Source: Clostridium sp. CAG:245
Lineage (GTDB): Bacteria > Bacillota > Clostridia > TANB77 > CAG-508
Direction of reading: 5' to 3'
DNA length: 64,000 nucleotides
Assembly (NCBI GenBank): GCA_000435175.1
Contig: FR880073.1
Location: forward strand, 1,625 to 65,624
Each line of letters starts with the position of its first letter. Position 1 is the first letter of the stretch. This document shows, piece after piece, positions 18,360 to 28,228 of the stretch. The translations under genes and the position numbers were made by a program. The notes below the pieces were generated by a model. That model saw only the letters and a program-made list of their open reading frames with translations, was not told the DNA's origin and ran no database searches.

Positions 18360-20168
18360 TTGAAAAATAGTTTAAAAACATTAGCTGTTTGGCTAATAAT
18401 TGGCGTAATTTTGGTGGTAGCAATATCAACAATATTAGAAAATTCAAATACAAAACTTTCATATTCAGACTTGATTGCAAAGATTGATGCCGGTCAAGTA
18501 GAAAAGATTGAGCTAGATGCAGGCGGTGCTTCTGCAACAGTAAAGCTAAAAAATGATAATATAGAGAAAAAAGTTAATGTGCCAAGTGTAGATAACTTGA
18601 TGGAAAATTTACAAGACAATATGAAATCAGCTAGCATAACAGTAACTGAAAAATCTGAGTCTGCATGGGGAATTTTCTTAGCATATTTAACTCCAATAGG
18701 AATTATAGTAATATTCTTTATTTTCTGGTTTGTATTAATGAGTGGAGCAAATAGCCAAAATGGCAATAAAACAATGACATTTGGAAAGAGCAAAGCTAGA
18801 GTATTAAACCCAACAGACAAAAACAGAGTTACATTTGATGATGTTGCTGGTGTTGATGAAGAAAAAGAAGAATTAGAAGAAATAGTAGAATTTTTAAAGA
18901 ATCCTACAAAGTTCACAGAGATGGGAGCACATATTCCAAAGGGTGTTTTATTAGTAGGTCAACCAGGAACTGGTAAAACATTACTTGCAAAAGCAGTTGC
19001 AGGCGAAGCAGGAGTTCCATTCTTCATAATAAGTGGTTCAGACTTCGTAGAAATGTTCGTTGGTGTTGGTGCATCACGTGTAAGAGATTTATTTGAAGAA
19101 GCAAAGAAAAAAGCTCCTTGTATTGTATTCATAGATGAAATTGATGCAGTTGGTCGTCAAAGAGGTGCAGGCCTTGGGGGAGGACACGATGAAAGAGAGC
19201 AAACATTAAACCAATTATTGGTTGAAATGGATGGATTTGCTGCAAACGAAGGCGTTATAGTTTTAGCAGCAACAAACAGACCTGATGTATTAGATAAAGC
19301 TTTATTAAGACCAGGAAGATTTGATAGACAAATAGTAGTCGGACTTCCAGATGTTAGAGCAAGAGAGCAAATATTAGAAGTTCATGCAAGAAAAAAGAAA
19401 TTAGCAGATGACATAGACTTAAAAATAGTTGCAAAAAATACTGCTGGATTTTCTGGTGCTGACTTAGAAAATGTATTAAATGAAGCAGCATTATTAGCAG
19501 CAAGAAGAAACTTAAAAGAAATTCATGAAAAAGAAATTGAAGATGCAATGGTTAAAGTTACAATGGGACCAGAAAAAACAACAAGAGTAAGAAGTGAAAA
19601 AGAAAAGAAGCTTGTAGCATATCACGAGGCTGGCCACGCAGTAGTAAGTAAATTCTTACCAACACAAGATGCAGTACACGAAATATCAATAGTTCCAAGA
19701 GGAATGGCTGGTGGATACACAATGTATCAACCAACAGAAGATAAATCATTTATGTCTAAAACAGAAATGATTGAACAAATAATATCACTATTAGGTGGTA
19801 GAGCTTCAGAAGAATTGATATTAGACGATATATCAACTGGTGCAAGCAATGATATTGAAAGAGCTACAAAAATTGCAAATTCAATGGTAACAAAATATGG
19901 AATGAGCCAAAGAGTAGGAACAATTACTTTGGGTTCAGACCAAAACGAAGTATTCTTAGGAAGAGATTTCGCACAGGAAAAAACATATTCTGAGGAAACT
20001 GCTGGAATAATAGATGAAGAAATGAAGAGAATTCTAGATACATGCTACAATAGTGCAAAAGAAATATTAAAAACACATGAAGACAAATTACACGCAGTAG
20101 CAAAAGTATTATTAGAAAAAGAGAAAATTACAGGAGAAGAATTCGAGGCAATATTTAATGAAGAATAG
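18360..20168 (+). CDS. ftsH: ATP-dependent zinc metalloprotease FtsH
   Basis: TTG start 7 nt after AGGAGG. Two TMs, Walker A GQPGTGKT, second region of homology [20 protein letters not shown], zinc motif HEAGHA. Confidence 0.95.
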   Translation: MKNSLKTLAVWLIIGVILVVAISTILENSNTKLSYSDLIAKIDAGQVEKIELDAGGASATVKLKNDNIEKKVNVPSVDNLMENLQDNMKSASITVTEKSESAWGIFLAYLTPIGIIVIFFIFWFVLMSGANSQNGNKTMTFGKSKARVLNPTDKNRVTFDDVAGVDEEKEELEEIVEFLKNPTKFTEMGAHIPKGVLLVGQPGTGKTLLAKAVAGEAGVPFFIISGSDFVEMFVGVGASRVRDLFEEAKKKAPCIVFIDEIDAVGRQRGAGLGGGHDEREQTLNQLLVEMDGFAANEGVIVLAATNRPDVLDKALLRPGRFDRQIVVGLPDVRAREQILEVHARKKKLADDIDLKIVAKNTAGFSGADLENVLNEAALLAARRNLKEIHEKEIEDAMVKVTMGPEKTTRVRSEKEKKLVAYHEAGHAVVSKFLPTQDAVHEISIVPRGMAGGYTMYQPTEDKSFMSKTEMIEQIISLLGGRASEELILDDISTGASNDIERATKIANSMVTKYGMSQRVGTITLGSDQNEVFLGRDFAQEKTYSEETAGIIDEEMKRILDTCYNSAKEILKTHEDKLHAVAKVLLEKEKITGEEFEAIFNEE

Positions 20169-20195
20169 TCTTGAAAAGTAAGGAAGGTAAAAAAA

Positions 20196-20537
20196 ATGGA
20201 GGCAATTGTTGTTATTGGAATATTAATATTCATAATTATAACATTGATTATGGTTGCTATAATGCAGATTAATATGGCTGGAATTGAAGTAAAAGACTTT
20301 TGGTCATTTATAAAAGCAAACGAAGAATTAGATAAACTATATCTATTCTCAAAAAAGTACAACAAAATGTCGCCACAAGAAAAAATAATTTTCTTACAGG
20401 AAACAGAAAAAATGTCTAATGCATTTGAAAAGATTCCTTCAATAATATGGGAAGATGAATATTCAAAGTATAGAGATGTAATGGACACATATAGAGATAT
20501 TAAAGTAGATAGATGGAAAGATTCATCTACAAAATAA
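20196..20537 (+). CDS. Small membrane protein (hypothetical)
   Basis: 113 aa. N-terminal TM IVVIGILIFIIITLIMVAIM. SD GGAAGG upstream, terminator downstream. Confidence 0.5.
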   Translation: MEAIVVIGILIFIIITLIMVAIMQINMAGIEVKDFWSFIKANEELDKLYLFSKKYNKMSPQEKIIFLQETEKMSNAFEKIPSIIWEDEYSKYRDVMDTYRDIKVDRWKDSSTK

Positions 20538-20539
20538 GG

Positions 20540-20575
20540 AAACGGTGTTGGTTAAAAGCCAGCACCGTTTTTTTA
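20540..20575 (+). terminator. Rho-independent terminator
   Basis: 12-bp stem aaacggtgttgg / ccagcaccgttt followed by a T-run. Confidence 0.75.
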
Positions 20576-20611
20576 TGTTTGAATATAATATATTGAATAG
20601 GAAGTGATTTT

Positions 20612-21757
20612 TTGAAGGAGATTTATTTTGACCATTCTGCAACAACTGCAGTAAAGAGAGAAGTTTTAAATGAGATGATACCATATTTTAATTTAGAGTA
20701 TGGTAATCCATCATCTTTATATTATATAGGCCGTGAGGCAAAAAGAGCTATAGAGTGTGCTAGACGAAAAGTTGCAAGAGCAATAAATTGTTGTGAAGAG
20801 GAAGTATATTTTACTTCTTGTGGAAGTGAAAGTGATAATTTAGCAATTAAAGGATTTGCATATGCAAATAGATGCAGAGGGAACCACATAATAACATCTA
20901 AAATTGAACACCCAGCGGTTTTAAATACGTGTAAAAATTTAGAGCACAAAGGTTTTAGAGTAACATATCTAAATGTCGACGAGAATGGCTTTATAGACAT
21001 TAATCAGTTAAAACGTAACATATGTAATGATACGATTTTAATTAGCATTATGATGGCAAATAATGAGCTAGGAACTATACAGAATATACAAGAAATTGGA
21101 AGAATAGCACATTGTAATAATATAGTGTTTCATACAGATGCAGTTCAAGCAGTTGGAAATATAAAAATAGATGTTCAGAGTATGAATGTAGATATGCTTT
21201 CGATGTCTGCACATAAATTTTATGGCCCAAAAGGTGTTGGAGCATTATATGTAAGAAAAGGTATAAATTTTGAAAGAATACAAGATGGTGGCCATCAAGA
21301 AAAAAATAAAAGGTCTGGAACAGAAAATGTTGCTGGAATAGTAGGATTAGGAAAAGCAATAGAGATTGCAACATACAATATAGACAGATATAATAAAAAA
21401 TTATTGGCTCTAAGACAATATTGTATATCAAGATTAATAGAGAATATTAAAGATATAAAAATAAACGGAGATTTAACAAATAGACTACCAGGAAATATAA
21501 ATGTTTCGTTTAAAGGCTGCGATTCAAGTGATATTTTAATGAAACTTGATGAAGTTGGAATATGTGCTTCTGATGGTTCTGCTTGTTCATCTGGAACTGC
21601 AACTCCGTCTCATGTATTAAGGGCTATAGGATTAGATAAAGAATGGCTAGAGGGAACAATAAGAATAACTTTAGGGGATGAAAATACAAAAGAAGATATA
21701 GATTATTTGGTAGTGAATTTAATAAAAATAACAAATGAGCTAAGAAATAAAGGATAA
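20612..21757 (+). CDS. nifS: Cysteine desulfurase (NifS/IscS family)
   Basis: IYFDHSATT N-terminus, PLP-lysine motif SAHKFYGPKG and C-terminal active-site SACSSG. Confidence 0.9.
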   Translation: MKEIYFDHSATTAVKREVLNEMIPYFNLEYGNPSSLYYIGREAKRAIECARRKVARAINCCEEEVYFTSCGSESDNLAIKGFAYANRCRGNHIITSKIEHPAVLNTCKNLEHKGFRVTYLNVDENGFIDINQLKRNICNDTILISIMMANNELGTIQNIQEIGRIAHCNNIVFHTDAVQAVGNIKIDVQSMNVDMLSMSAHKFYGPKGVGALYVRKGINFERIQDGGHQEKNKRSGTENVAGIVGLGKAIEIATYNIDRYNKKLLALRQYCISRLIENIKDIKINGDLTNRLPGNINVSFKGCDSSDILMKLDEVGICASDGSACSSGTATPSHVLRAIGLDKEWLEGTIRITLGDENTKEDIDYLVVNLIKITNELRNKG

Positions 21758-21871
21758 AATTAATATTTAAGTTTGTGGCTAAATAAAATTAAGTGGAAAA
21801 TTATATTTATAAAATACAAATAAAAAATATTATTATAGTTGATAAATAATAATCTGTAAAAATTTTCATAT

Positions 21872-21909
21872 AAAAAGATCCCCTGACTTGCAAGTGCAAG
21901 TTAGGGGAT
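21872..21909 (-). terminator. Rho-independent terminator of cassette gene 21932-22288
   Basis: ~14-bp inverted repeat atcccctgacttgca / tgcaagttaggggat. U-run when read on the minus strand. Confidence 0.7.
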
Positions 21910-21931
21910 TTAAAGGATTTTTTACTGTTTT

Positions 21932-22288
21932 TTACTTAAAGAACTCTTTCTTGAGCTCTCTGTAAATCTTTCGACCAGAAATGCGGCTGTAGCAGTGGAA
22001 TTCTGCACGCATGAAGTTTTTCCCGTCTTCTTGGTTAATAATGCTGTAATTAGACTTTATTTTGTCGTATGTTTTTGCAAACAACGGGCTTAGCTTACGC
22101 CGGATGCGCATACCAGCTCGGGAATGATTGCGTTCCTCAGATGTAATTTCTATGAGGAGCAAAATGTTCAACTTGTCCTCGGCTGGAATAAAAACATCAA
22201 GAACGTGAGGTTGGTTAACATAGAGACAAATTTCTCTTTGCACTCCTAAAAGATTTTTCCGAATTGCCAAATTCACTAAATCAGTCAT
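21932..22288 (-). CDS. Hypothetical 118-aa protein, G+C-richer cassette gene A
   Basis: Complete ORF with its own promoter and terminator. Visibly higher G+C than the flanks. C-terminal DGKNFMRAEFHCYSRISGRKIYRELKKEFF resembles the C-terminus of the neighbouring cassette protein. Confidence 0.6.
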   Translation of the reverse strand: MTDLVNLAIRKNLLGVQREICLYVNQPHVLDVFIPAEDKLNILLLIEITSEERNHSRAGMRIRRKLSPLFAKTYDKIKSNYSIINQEDGKNFMRAEFHCYSRISGRKIYRELKKEFFK

Positions 22289-22340
22289 ATTATAATCCTT
22301 TCCAATATAAAAATTACAGGCATGATGCCTCGATATATAT

Positions 22341-22369
22341 ATTATAATACATATTTACATAAAATGCAA
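22341..22369 (-). promoter_or_regulatory. Consensus-like sigma-A promoter of cassette gene A
   Basis: Minus strand TTGCAT - 17 nt (TTTATGTAAATATGTAT) - TATAAT. Palindrome AGGCATcATGCCT lies just downstream. Confidence 0.6.
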
Positions 22370-22374
22370 ATGAG

Positions 22375-22416
22375 GAAAAATAAAACCCCTGAACCACAAG
22401 TGTGATCCAAGGGTTT
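22375..22416 (-). terminator. Rho-independent terminator of cassette gene B
   Basis: On the minus strand, AACCCUUGGAUCACA / UGUGGUUCAGGGGUU pairs fully (with G-U pairs) and is followed by a U-run. Confidence 0.7.
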
Positions 22417-22429
22417 GGAGGTTTAGGAG

Positions 22430-22801
22430 TTACTTCTCATCGAAGTACTTTTTCTTTAGCTTTTGGTAAAGAGCGATGCCCTCTTCCATGTTGTACACAT
22501 GGTAGTAGAACAGCAAAAATGTTTTGCCATTGAATTTGCTTTTCAGACATTCAGTCTGACCAAGGGGAAATTTGACTAGATGCAGGTTACTGAATTTTTG
22601 ATTCAGCTCTGCAAGAGACATGTGTGTCTCTTCGTCAGTCAAACCGATCCGGAAATCGAGCAGAACTCGGTCACCATAAGAAATGTAGGGATTTTGAAGC
22701 AAAGGGCAAGAACCGCTCAAAATTACCTGCCGTTCTGAATCATTCATCTTGGATACGGAATACAATGTTTCAAAACTATTCTTTACGCTTACTTCAGCCA
22801 T
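22430..22801 (-). CDS. Hypothetical 123-aa protein, G+C-richer cassette gene B (distant paralog of gene A)
   Basis: ATG 22801 sits 7 nt after SD GGAGGG (the track's TTG at 22816 is less likely). C-terminal NGKTFLLFYYHVYNMEEGIALYQKLKKKYF aligns with gene A at about 11 of 30 identities by eye. Confidence 0.6.
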   Translation of the reverse strand: MAEVSVKNSFETLYSVSKMNDSERQVILSGSCPLLQNPYISYGDRVLLDFRIGLTDEETHMSLAELNQKFSNLHLVKFPLGQTECLKSKFNGKTFLLFYYHVYNMEEGIALYQKLKKKYFDEK

Positions 22802-22859
22802 AATAAGGCCCTCCAATGTAATATTTTATACGAGGTTTGGGTAACTCTCGATTAGGTAT

Positions 22860-22888
22860 ATTATAGCACAAATTTACATAAAATGCAA
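22860..22888 (-). promoter_or_regulatory. Consensus-like sigma-A promoter of cassette gene B
   Basis: Minus strand TTGCAT - 17 nt (TTTATGTAAATTTGTGC) - TATAAT. Nearly identical to the gene A promoter. Confidence 0.6.
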
Positions 22889-23010
22889 ATTTTAGTTCGC
22901 TATTTTCTTGATTTTTTCCTAATTTTGTTGTATTATTGTATAGTAAAAATATAGATATAAAAGTTGAAATAATATAGGGATAATATAAAATGAAAGGAAT
23001 GAACTTTTAA

Positions 23011-23265
23011 ATGGAATATAGATATAAACCACAAGGAGTATGTTCTACAGAAATAATTGTAGAAGTTGAGAATAATATTATAAAGAACCTAAAAGTAATA
23101 AATGGTTGTAACGGAAATTTGCAAGGAATTGCAAGCCTCGTAAAAGGAATGACCATTGATGATGTAATTGCAAAATTAAAAGGAATTGAATGTGGCAGAA
23201 AAGGAACTTCTTGCCCAGACCAAATTGCGATTGCTTTAGAAAAAATTAAAAAGGGAGAAATTTAG
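23011..23265 (+). CDS. TSCPD-domain protein (TIGR03905-like)
   Basis: 84 aa. GVCSTEIIVEVENNIIKNLKVINGCNGNLQGIASLVKGM...CGRKGTSCPDQIA matches the small TSCPD family pattern. Confidence 0.7.
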   Translation: MEYRYKPQGVCSTEIIVEVENNIIKNLKVINGCNGNLQGIASLVKGMTIDDVIAKLKGIECGRKGTSCPDQIAIALEKIKKGEI

Positions 23266-23274
23266 AAAAGCACT

Positions 23275-23829
23275 ATGGAACAAATATCAATTTTAGATGA
23301 CAACAAAAGAATTGAAATAAATAAACGAAAGAAAGAAGTAAAATTTGTTGCAATTGATGTTGAAACTACAGGACTTTCGCCTGTATATAATGAGCTTATT
23401 GAAATTAGTGCAATTAAGTATGAGGGTGCAAAAAAGATAGACAATTTTTCTACACTTGTAAAGCCTAAGAAAGAAGTTTCAAATATTATAACAAATTTGA
23501 CTGGAATTACTAATAAAATGTTAGAGAATGCTCCACAAATTGAAGAGGTAATGCCTAAACTTGTAAAGTTTATTGGTAATCATATTATCGTTGCACATAA
23601 TGCTAATTTTGATGTTAGCTTTTTACAAAACAATTCAAACAAGAGCTTTTCTAAAAATAAGGTTATAGATACGGTTGCACTTAGCAGAAAAATGTTGCCA
23701 AACTTGCCAAACCATAAGCTAAATACAGTAGCAAGATATATTGGAATTCAAGAAGATGGGTTTCATAGGGCAGAATTTGACTGTGAATGTTGTGCAAAAA
23801 TTTATATTAAATATCTAGAAAATATGTAA
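23275..23829 (+). CDS. DnaQ-like 3'-5' exonuclease (DNA polymerase III epsilon family)
   Basis: Exo motifs FVAIDVETTGL, VAHNANFDVSFL and H..E.D (FHRAEFDCE). Confidence 0.85.
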   Translation: MEQISILDDNKRIEINKRKKEVKFVAIDVETTGLSPVYNELIEISAIKYEGAKKIDNFSTLVKPKKEVSNIITNLTGITNKMLENAPQIEEVMPKLVKFIGNHIIVAHNANFDVSFLQNNSNKSFSKNKVIDTVALSRKMLPNLPNHKLNTVARYIGIQEDGFHRAEFDCECCAKIYIKYLENM

Positions 23830-23840
23830 GAGGAATAGTA

Positions 23841-26800
23841 ATGAATATTCTAATTAAAGAGCTTGAAAACTTGAAAAAGTTTAAAGAGTATGTATCAGAT
23901 ATAAATAAAAAAATAAGTCCGATAGTATTATCGGGCTTATCTAGCGTTGGAAAAATACAATTATTAGAGGCTACGAAAGAGTTTGCAGATAGAAACATTT
24001 GCATAGTAACTTATAATGAGTTGCAGGCTAAAAAAATATATAAAGATTTAAAATATTTTTCTGGCAATGTTGTATATTTCCCAAAGAGAGAAATAGCTTC
24101 ATATGACTACGTGGCAGAGAGTAAAGATTTGCCATATGAAAGAATAGAAACATTAAATAAAATTTTTGAACAAGAAAAATCTGCTAAAAAGAATGAAAAT
24201 AGACTAATTGTAATTACAACTATAGAAGCAATGATGCAAAAAATGATTTCGAAAGAAGAAGTGTATAAAGCATTATTAGAGTTTAAGGTTGGTAAGTGTT
24301 TCAATTTGGAAGAATTAAAGCAAAGCTTGATTCACCTTGGATATGAAAGGGCAGATATAGTTGATGGAAAAGGTCAGTTTAGTGTTAGAGGCGGAATTTT
24401 AGATATTGGAACTACTAACACACAGGGTGTAAGAATTGAGTTCTGGGGAGACGAAGTCGATTCAATTAGAAGTTTTAGCATAACTTCTCAACGTTCTAAT
24501 AAGATGATTGAAGAAGCTAGAATTTATCCATCACATGAGCTTATTGTAACAAAAAATATCGATGAAATCTGCAAACAAATTGAGACTAAAAAAGAGAATG
24601 CGAGTGAAGAAAACGCTAAAAATATAACAGAAGACATAGAGCTTATAAGAAATGGAGATTATATAAGCAAAGTCGATAAATATTTTAATGAGTTTTATGA
24701 TAAGCAATCGTCTTTTATGGAATACATTGGAGAAGATTATTTAATATGTTTAGATGATATTGAGAAAATAAATGTAAGACAAGAAAATATAATTAATGAC
24801 AATAATCAACTTATTGAAACTTTGCTAGAAAAAGATAGAATTGTTCCAGATTCTATAAAGAATATTACAAAATATGATGTGGAAAATGTGGAAAATCAGT
24901 TGATATATTTGTACGAAACAGACTTATTAAGTGATAAGAATATTACAAAATTTTCTGCAAATGTATTTAATTTTAAATACAGAGATATGCATTTTTTTAA
25001 GAGTGAATTGAACATTTTAACCACAGAAATAAAGAAAGCACTAGATGAAAATAAGAGAGTTATAGTACTTGCTGGAAATGAGGCTGGAAGCAAGAAAATT
25101 GAGGCTTTATTAGAACCAGAAGAAATAAAGTATAAATACTTAGAAAAATTAGAAGATTCACAAGAGAAAATTTATAAAAATTCAATTGAGGAATATTTTA
25201 AAAATAAAACGGTAATCATATCAAATGGAAGCCTGTCGTCTGGTTTTGAAAATTACGAGACAAATGTAATGGTAATTACGGGCGAAGATTTTATTGCGAG
25301 TGAACCGAAAAAGAAAAAGCATACAGATTCTTTCAAACAGGGAGAAAAGGTCGTTTTTGCAGATTTAAGAGCTGGAGATTATGTTGTTCACAAGACACAA
25401 GGAATAGGAATTTATATTGGTGTAAATACTATTACAACAGCAGATGGAATTACAAAAGATTATATAAAGGTTAAGTATAAAAACGATGATGTTTTGTATG
25501 TGCCAACAGATATGCTTGATAACATTAGAAAATATGTTGGTGGGGGCGATGGAGAGCCTAAACTTAATAAGCTTGGAAGCAAAGAGTGGGAAAACACTAA
25601 GGCAAGAGTAAAGAACAATTTAAAAGAAGTCGCTAGAGACTTAATTGAATTGTATGCCAGAAGACAAAAGGCTCAGGGCTTTATGTTTTCTAAAGATACG
25701 CCGTGGCAAAAACAATTTGAAGATAGTTTTCCATATCAAGAAACAGATGACCAATTAAGATGTATTGCAGAAGTGAAAAAAGATATGGAGTCGAATAAAC
25801 CAATGGATAGACTACTTTGTGGAGATGTTGGTTATGGAAAAACAGAAGTTGCAATCCGTGCAGCATTTAAGGCTGTAATGGATCAAAAGCAAGTTGCATA
25901 TTTAGTTCCAACAACAATTCTTGCAAATCAGCAGTATGAAGAGTTTAAGACAAGAATGGAAGAGTTTGCAATAAAAGTTGAATTGCTAAACAGATTTAGA
26001 ACTAAAAAAGAGCAAGATGAGGTAATAAAAAAACTAAAACTAGGAGAAGTAGATGTAGTAGTTGGAACACATAGACTTTTAAGTAAAGATGTGGAATTTA
26101 AAGACTTAGGCTTGCTAATTATAGACGAGGAACACAGATTTGGTGTAAAGGATAAAGAAAAGATAAAAAAGCTAAAAGAAAACATAGATGTACTTACAAT
26201 GACAGCAACACCAATTCCAAGAACACTGCATATGTCGATTGTTGGTGTAAGAGATATGTCTGTAATCTATGAGCCACCTCAAAACAGGAAACCTGTTCAA
26301 ACTTATGTGTTAGAGTATGATGATGAAGTTATTAAAGAAGCAATAACAAGAGAACTTGAAAGAAATGGTCAAGTATTCTATCTGTTCAATAATGTTGAAA
26401 AAATAATAAGAAAAGCAGACGAAATTTCAAAATTAGTTCCAGAGGCGAGAGTTGAATTTGCGCATGGCAAAATGACTGGAGCAGAGATTGAAAGTATAAT
26501 GCAGGACTTCATTGAGCATAAAACAGATGTACTTGTTTGTACAACAATTTTGGAATCTGGAATAGATATTCCAAATGCGAACACAATAATAGTAGAAAAT
26601 GCAGATAGACTTGGACTTGCTCAATTGTATCAGATACGTGGAAGAGTTGGCCGTTCAGACAGGCAAGGATACGCATATGTAACATATAGAAGAGATAAAC
26701 TATTATCAGAAGTTGCAGACAAGAGATTGAAAGCAATAAAAGAATTTACCGAATTTGGTTCTGGATTTAAAATTGCCATGAGAGATTTGGAAATAAGAGG

Positions 26801-27380
26801 TGCAGGAAGCATGCTTGGAGAAATTCAATCTGGACACATGGAGCAAGTTGGATATGATACATACTGTAAATTGTTAGATGAAGTCGTAAGAGAGATGCAG
26901 GGAACACCGGTAAAAGAAGAAAAAGACGTACAAATAGATATCGATTTATCAAGCTATATTCCAGAAACATACATAGAAGACAGCGCACAAAAAATTGAAA
27001 TCTATCAAGATATTGCATTGTGTAGAAACAATAAAGATATAGAAGACGTTATAGATGAAATAATAGACAGATATGGAACAATGCCAACAGAAGTTGAAAA
27101 TTTAATAGAAATTGCAAGAATAAAAATACTTGCAAGAAACGCAAATGTGCTTAAACTATCACAAAAAGGCAAAAATGTAGTATTTTACTTAGATAAAGAC
27201 AACATTCAAATAAACGGAGACATGATAAACAAATTAGTAACAAAATATGGACCCAAAATAAGATTCTCACAGGGAATTGAACCATACATAACATTAAATA
27301 CAAACGAAAAAGACGAAAAGAAGATTATAGAAATAATCAAAGAAATGTTAATTTTACTTAGTGTTTCTATACAGAAATAA
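23841..27380 (+). CDS. mfd: Transcription-repair coupling factor Mfd
   Basis: 1179 aa. CarD-like segment GDYVVHKTQGIGIY. Helicase motifs GDVGYGKTEVA, DEEHRFG and QLYQIRGRVGRS, plus a TRCF C-terminal domain. Confidence 0.95.
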   Translation: MNILIKELENLKKFKEYVSDINKKISPIVLSGLSSVGKIQLLEATKEFADRNICIVTYNELQAKKIYKDLKYFSGNVVYFPKREIASYDYVAESKDLPYERIETLNKIFEQEKSAKKNENRLIVITTIEAMMQKMISKEEVYKALLEFKVGKCFNLEELKQSLIHLGYERADIVDGKGQFSVRGGILDIGTTNTQGVRIEFWGDEVDSIRSFSITSQRSNKMIEEARIYPSHELIVTKNIDEICKQIETKKENASEENAKNITEDIELIRNGDYISKVDKYFNEFYDKQSSFMEYIGEDYLICLDDIEKINVRQENIINDNNQLIETLLEKDRIVPDSIKNITKYDVENVENQLIYLYETDLLSDKNITKFSANVFNFKYRDMHFFKSELNILTTEIKKALDENKRVIVLAGNEAGSKKIEALLEPEEIKYKYLEKLEDSQEKIYKNSIEEYFKNKTVIISNGSLSSGFENYETNVMVITGEDFIASEPKKKKHTDSFKQGEKVVFADLRAGDYVVHKTQGIGIYIGVNTITTADGITKDYIKVKYKNDDVLYVPTDMLDNIRKYVGGGDGEPKLNKLGSKEWENTKARVKNNLKEVARDLIELYARRQKAQGFMFSKDTPWQKQFEDSFPYQETDDQLRCIAEVKKDMESNKPMDRLLCGDVGYGKTEVAIRAAFKAVMDQKQVAYLVPTTILANQQYEEFKTRMEEFAIKVELLNRFRTKKEQDEVIKKLKLGEVDVVVGTHRLLSKDVEFKDLGLLIIDEEHRFGVKDKEKIKKLKENIDVLTMTATPIPRTLHMSIVGVRDMSVIYEPPQNRKPVQTYVLEYDDEVIKEAITRELERNGQVFYLFNNVEKIIRKADEISKLVPEARVEFAHGKMTGAEIESIMQDFIEHKTDVLVCTTILESGIDIPNANTIIVENADRLGLAQLYQIRGRVGRSDRQGYAYVTYRRDKLLSEVADKRLKAIKEFTEFGSGFKIAMRDLEIRGAGSMLGEIQSGHMEQVGYDTYCKLLDEVVREMQGTPVKEEKDVQIDIDLSSYIPETYIEDSAQKIEIYQDIALCRNNKDIEDVIDEIIDRYGTMPTEVENLIEIARIKILARNANVLKLSQKGKNVVFYLDKDNIQINGDMINKLVTKYGPKIRFSQGIEPYITLNTNEKDEKKIIEIIKEMLILLSVSIQK

Positions 27381-27395
27381 CTGGAAGGAGAGCTC

Positions 27396-28187
27396 ATGCA
27401 AATTATTACTAGTAAAGATAATGAAACTGTAAAAAATATTAAAAAGTTAAAAGATAAAAAGTACAGAGATGAAGCTGGGTTGTATATAATCGAAGGTGTG
27501 AAGATGATTGAAGAGGCTATTTTAGCAAATGCTAAAATAGATAAGATTGTTGTTTGCGAAGAGTGCTTAAAAACCGGAGATATAGAACAGAAACTTTTAT
27601 ATGAAATTGCAAAATATGATTGCATATATGTAAATGCAAAGGTATTTAACTTTTTGACTGATGTTGTGGCTCCACAGGGAATTCTTGCTGTTTTAGAAAA
27701 GCCTAGTAAAACAGAAAAAATACAATATGATCAAGATATAATCCTTGCACTAGATGGAATACAAGACCCAGGAAATTTAGGAACCATTTTAAGAACTGCA
27801 GATAGTGTAAATTTAAAACAGATAATAGTTACAAAAACAACTGCAGATAGCTATAATCCAAAAGTTGTAAGGTCAACCATGGGAGCAATATTAAGGGTAA
27901 AAGTAATAGAAACTGATGATTTGGTTGCAACCCTTAAAGAAATAAAGAAAAATAAATTCAAGGTTGTTGTAACTTCGCTAGATACAAACGATAGTGTTTA
28001 TGATATAGAATACAATAAAAAAGTAATTGTAATTGGAAATGAGGCAAATGGTGTCTCAAAAGAAGTACAGGCAATAGCTGATAACAGAGTAAAAATACCT
28101 ATGCTGGGCAAGACGGAAAGTTTAAATGCATCTGTTGCAACTGGGATTATGTTGTACGAATATGTAAGACAAAAAATTAATAAATAA
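27396..28187 (+). CDS. TrmH/SpoU-family RNA 2'-O-methyltransferase
   Basis: SPOUT motifs LDGIQDPGNLGTILRTA, VIVIGNEANGVS and IPMLGKTESLNASVA. Confidence 0.85.
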   Translation: MQIITSKDNETVKNIKKLKDKKYRDEAGLYIIEGVKMIEEAILANAKIDKIVVCEECLKTGDIEQKLLYEIAKYDCIYVNAKVFNFLTDVVAPQGILAVLEKPSKTEKIQYDQDIILALDGIQDPGNLGTILRTADSVNLKQIIVTKTTADSYNPKVVRSTMGAILRVKVIETDDLVATLKEIKKNKFKVVVTSLDTNDSVYDIEYNKKVIVIGNEANGVSKEVQAIADNRVKIPMLGKTESLNASVATGIMLYEYVRQKINK

Positions 28188-28192
28188 AACAA

Positions 28193-28224
28193 AGGGCATT
28201 CAAGTAAATTTGAATGCTCTTTAA
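28193..28224. terminator. Bidirectional hairpin between convergent genes
   Basis: 11-bp stem agggcattcaa / ttgaatgctct. Confidence 0.55.
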
Positions 28225-28228
28225 AAGT

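Noticed and set aside
18148-18537. 129-aa minus-strand ORF spanning the tilS-ftsH spacer and the ftsH 5' end.
   Set aside because: It overlaps the ftsH start and SD, its sequence is low-complexity, and it has no family resemblance.
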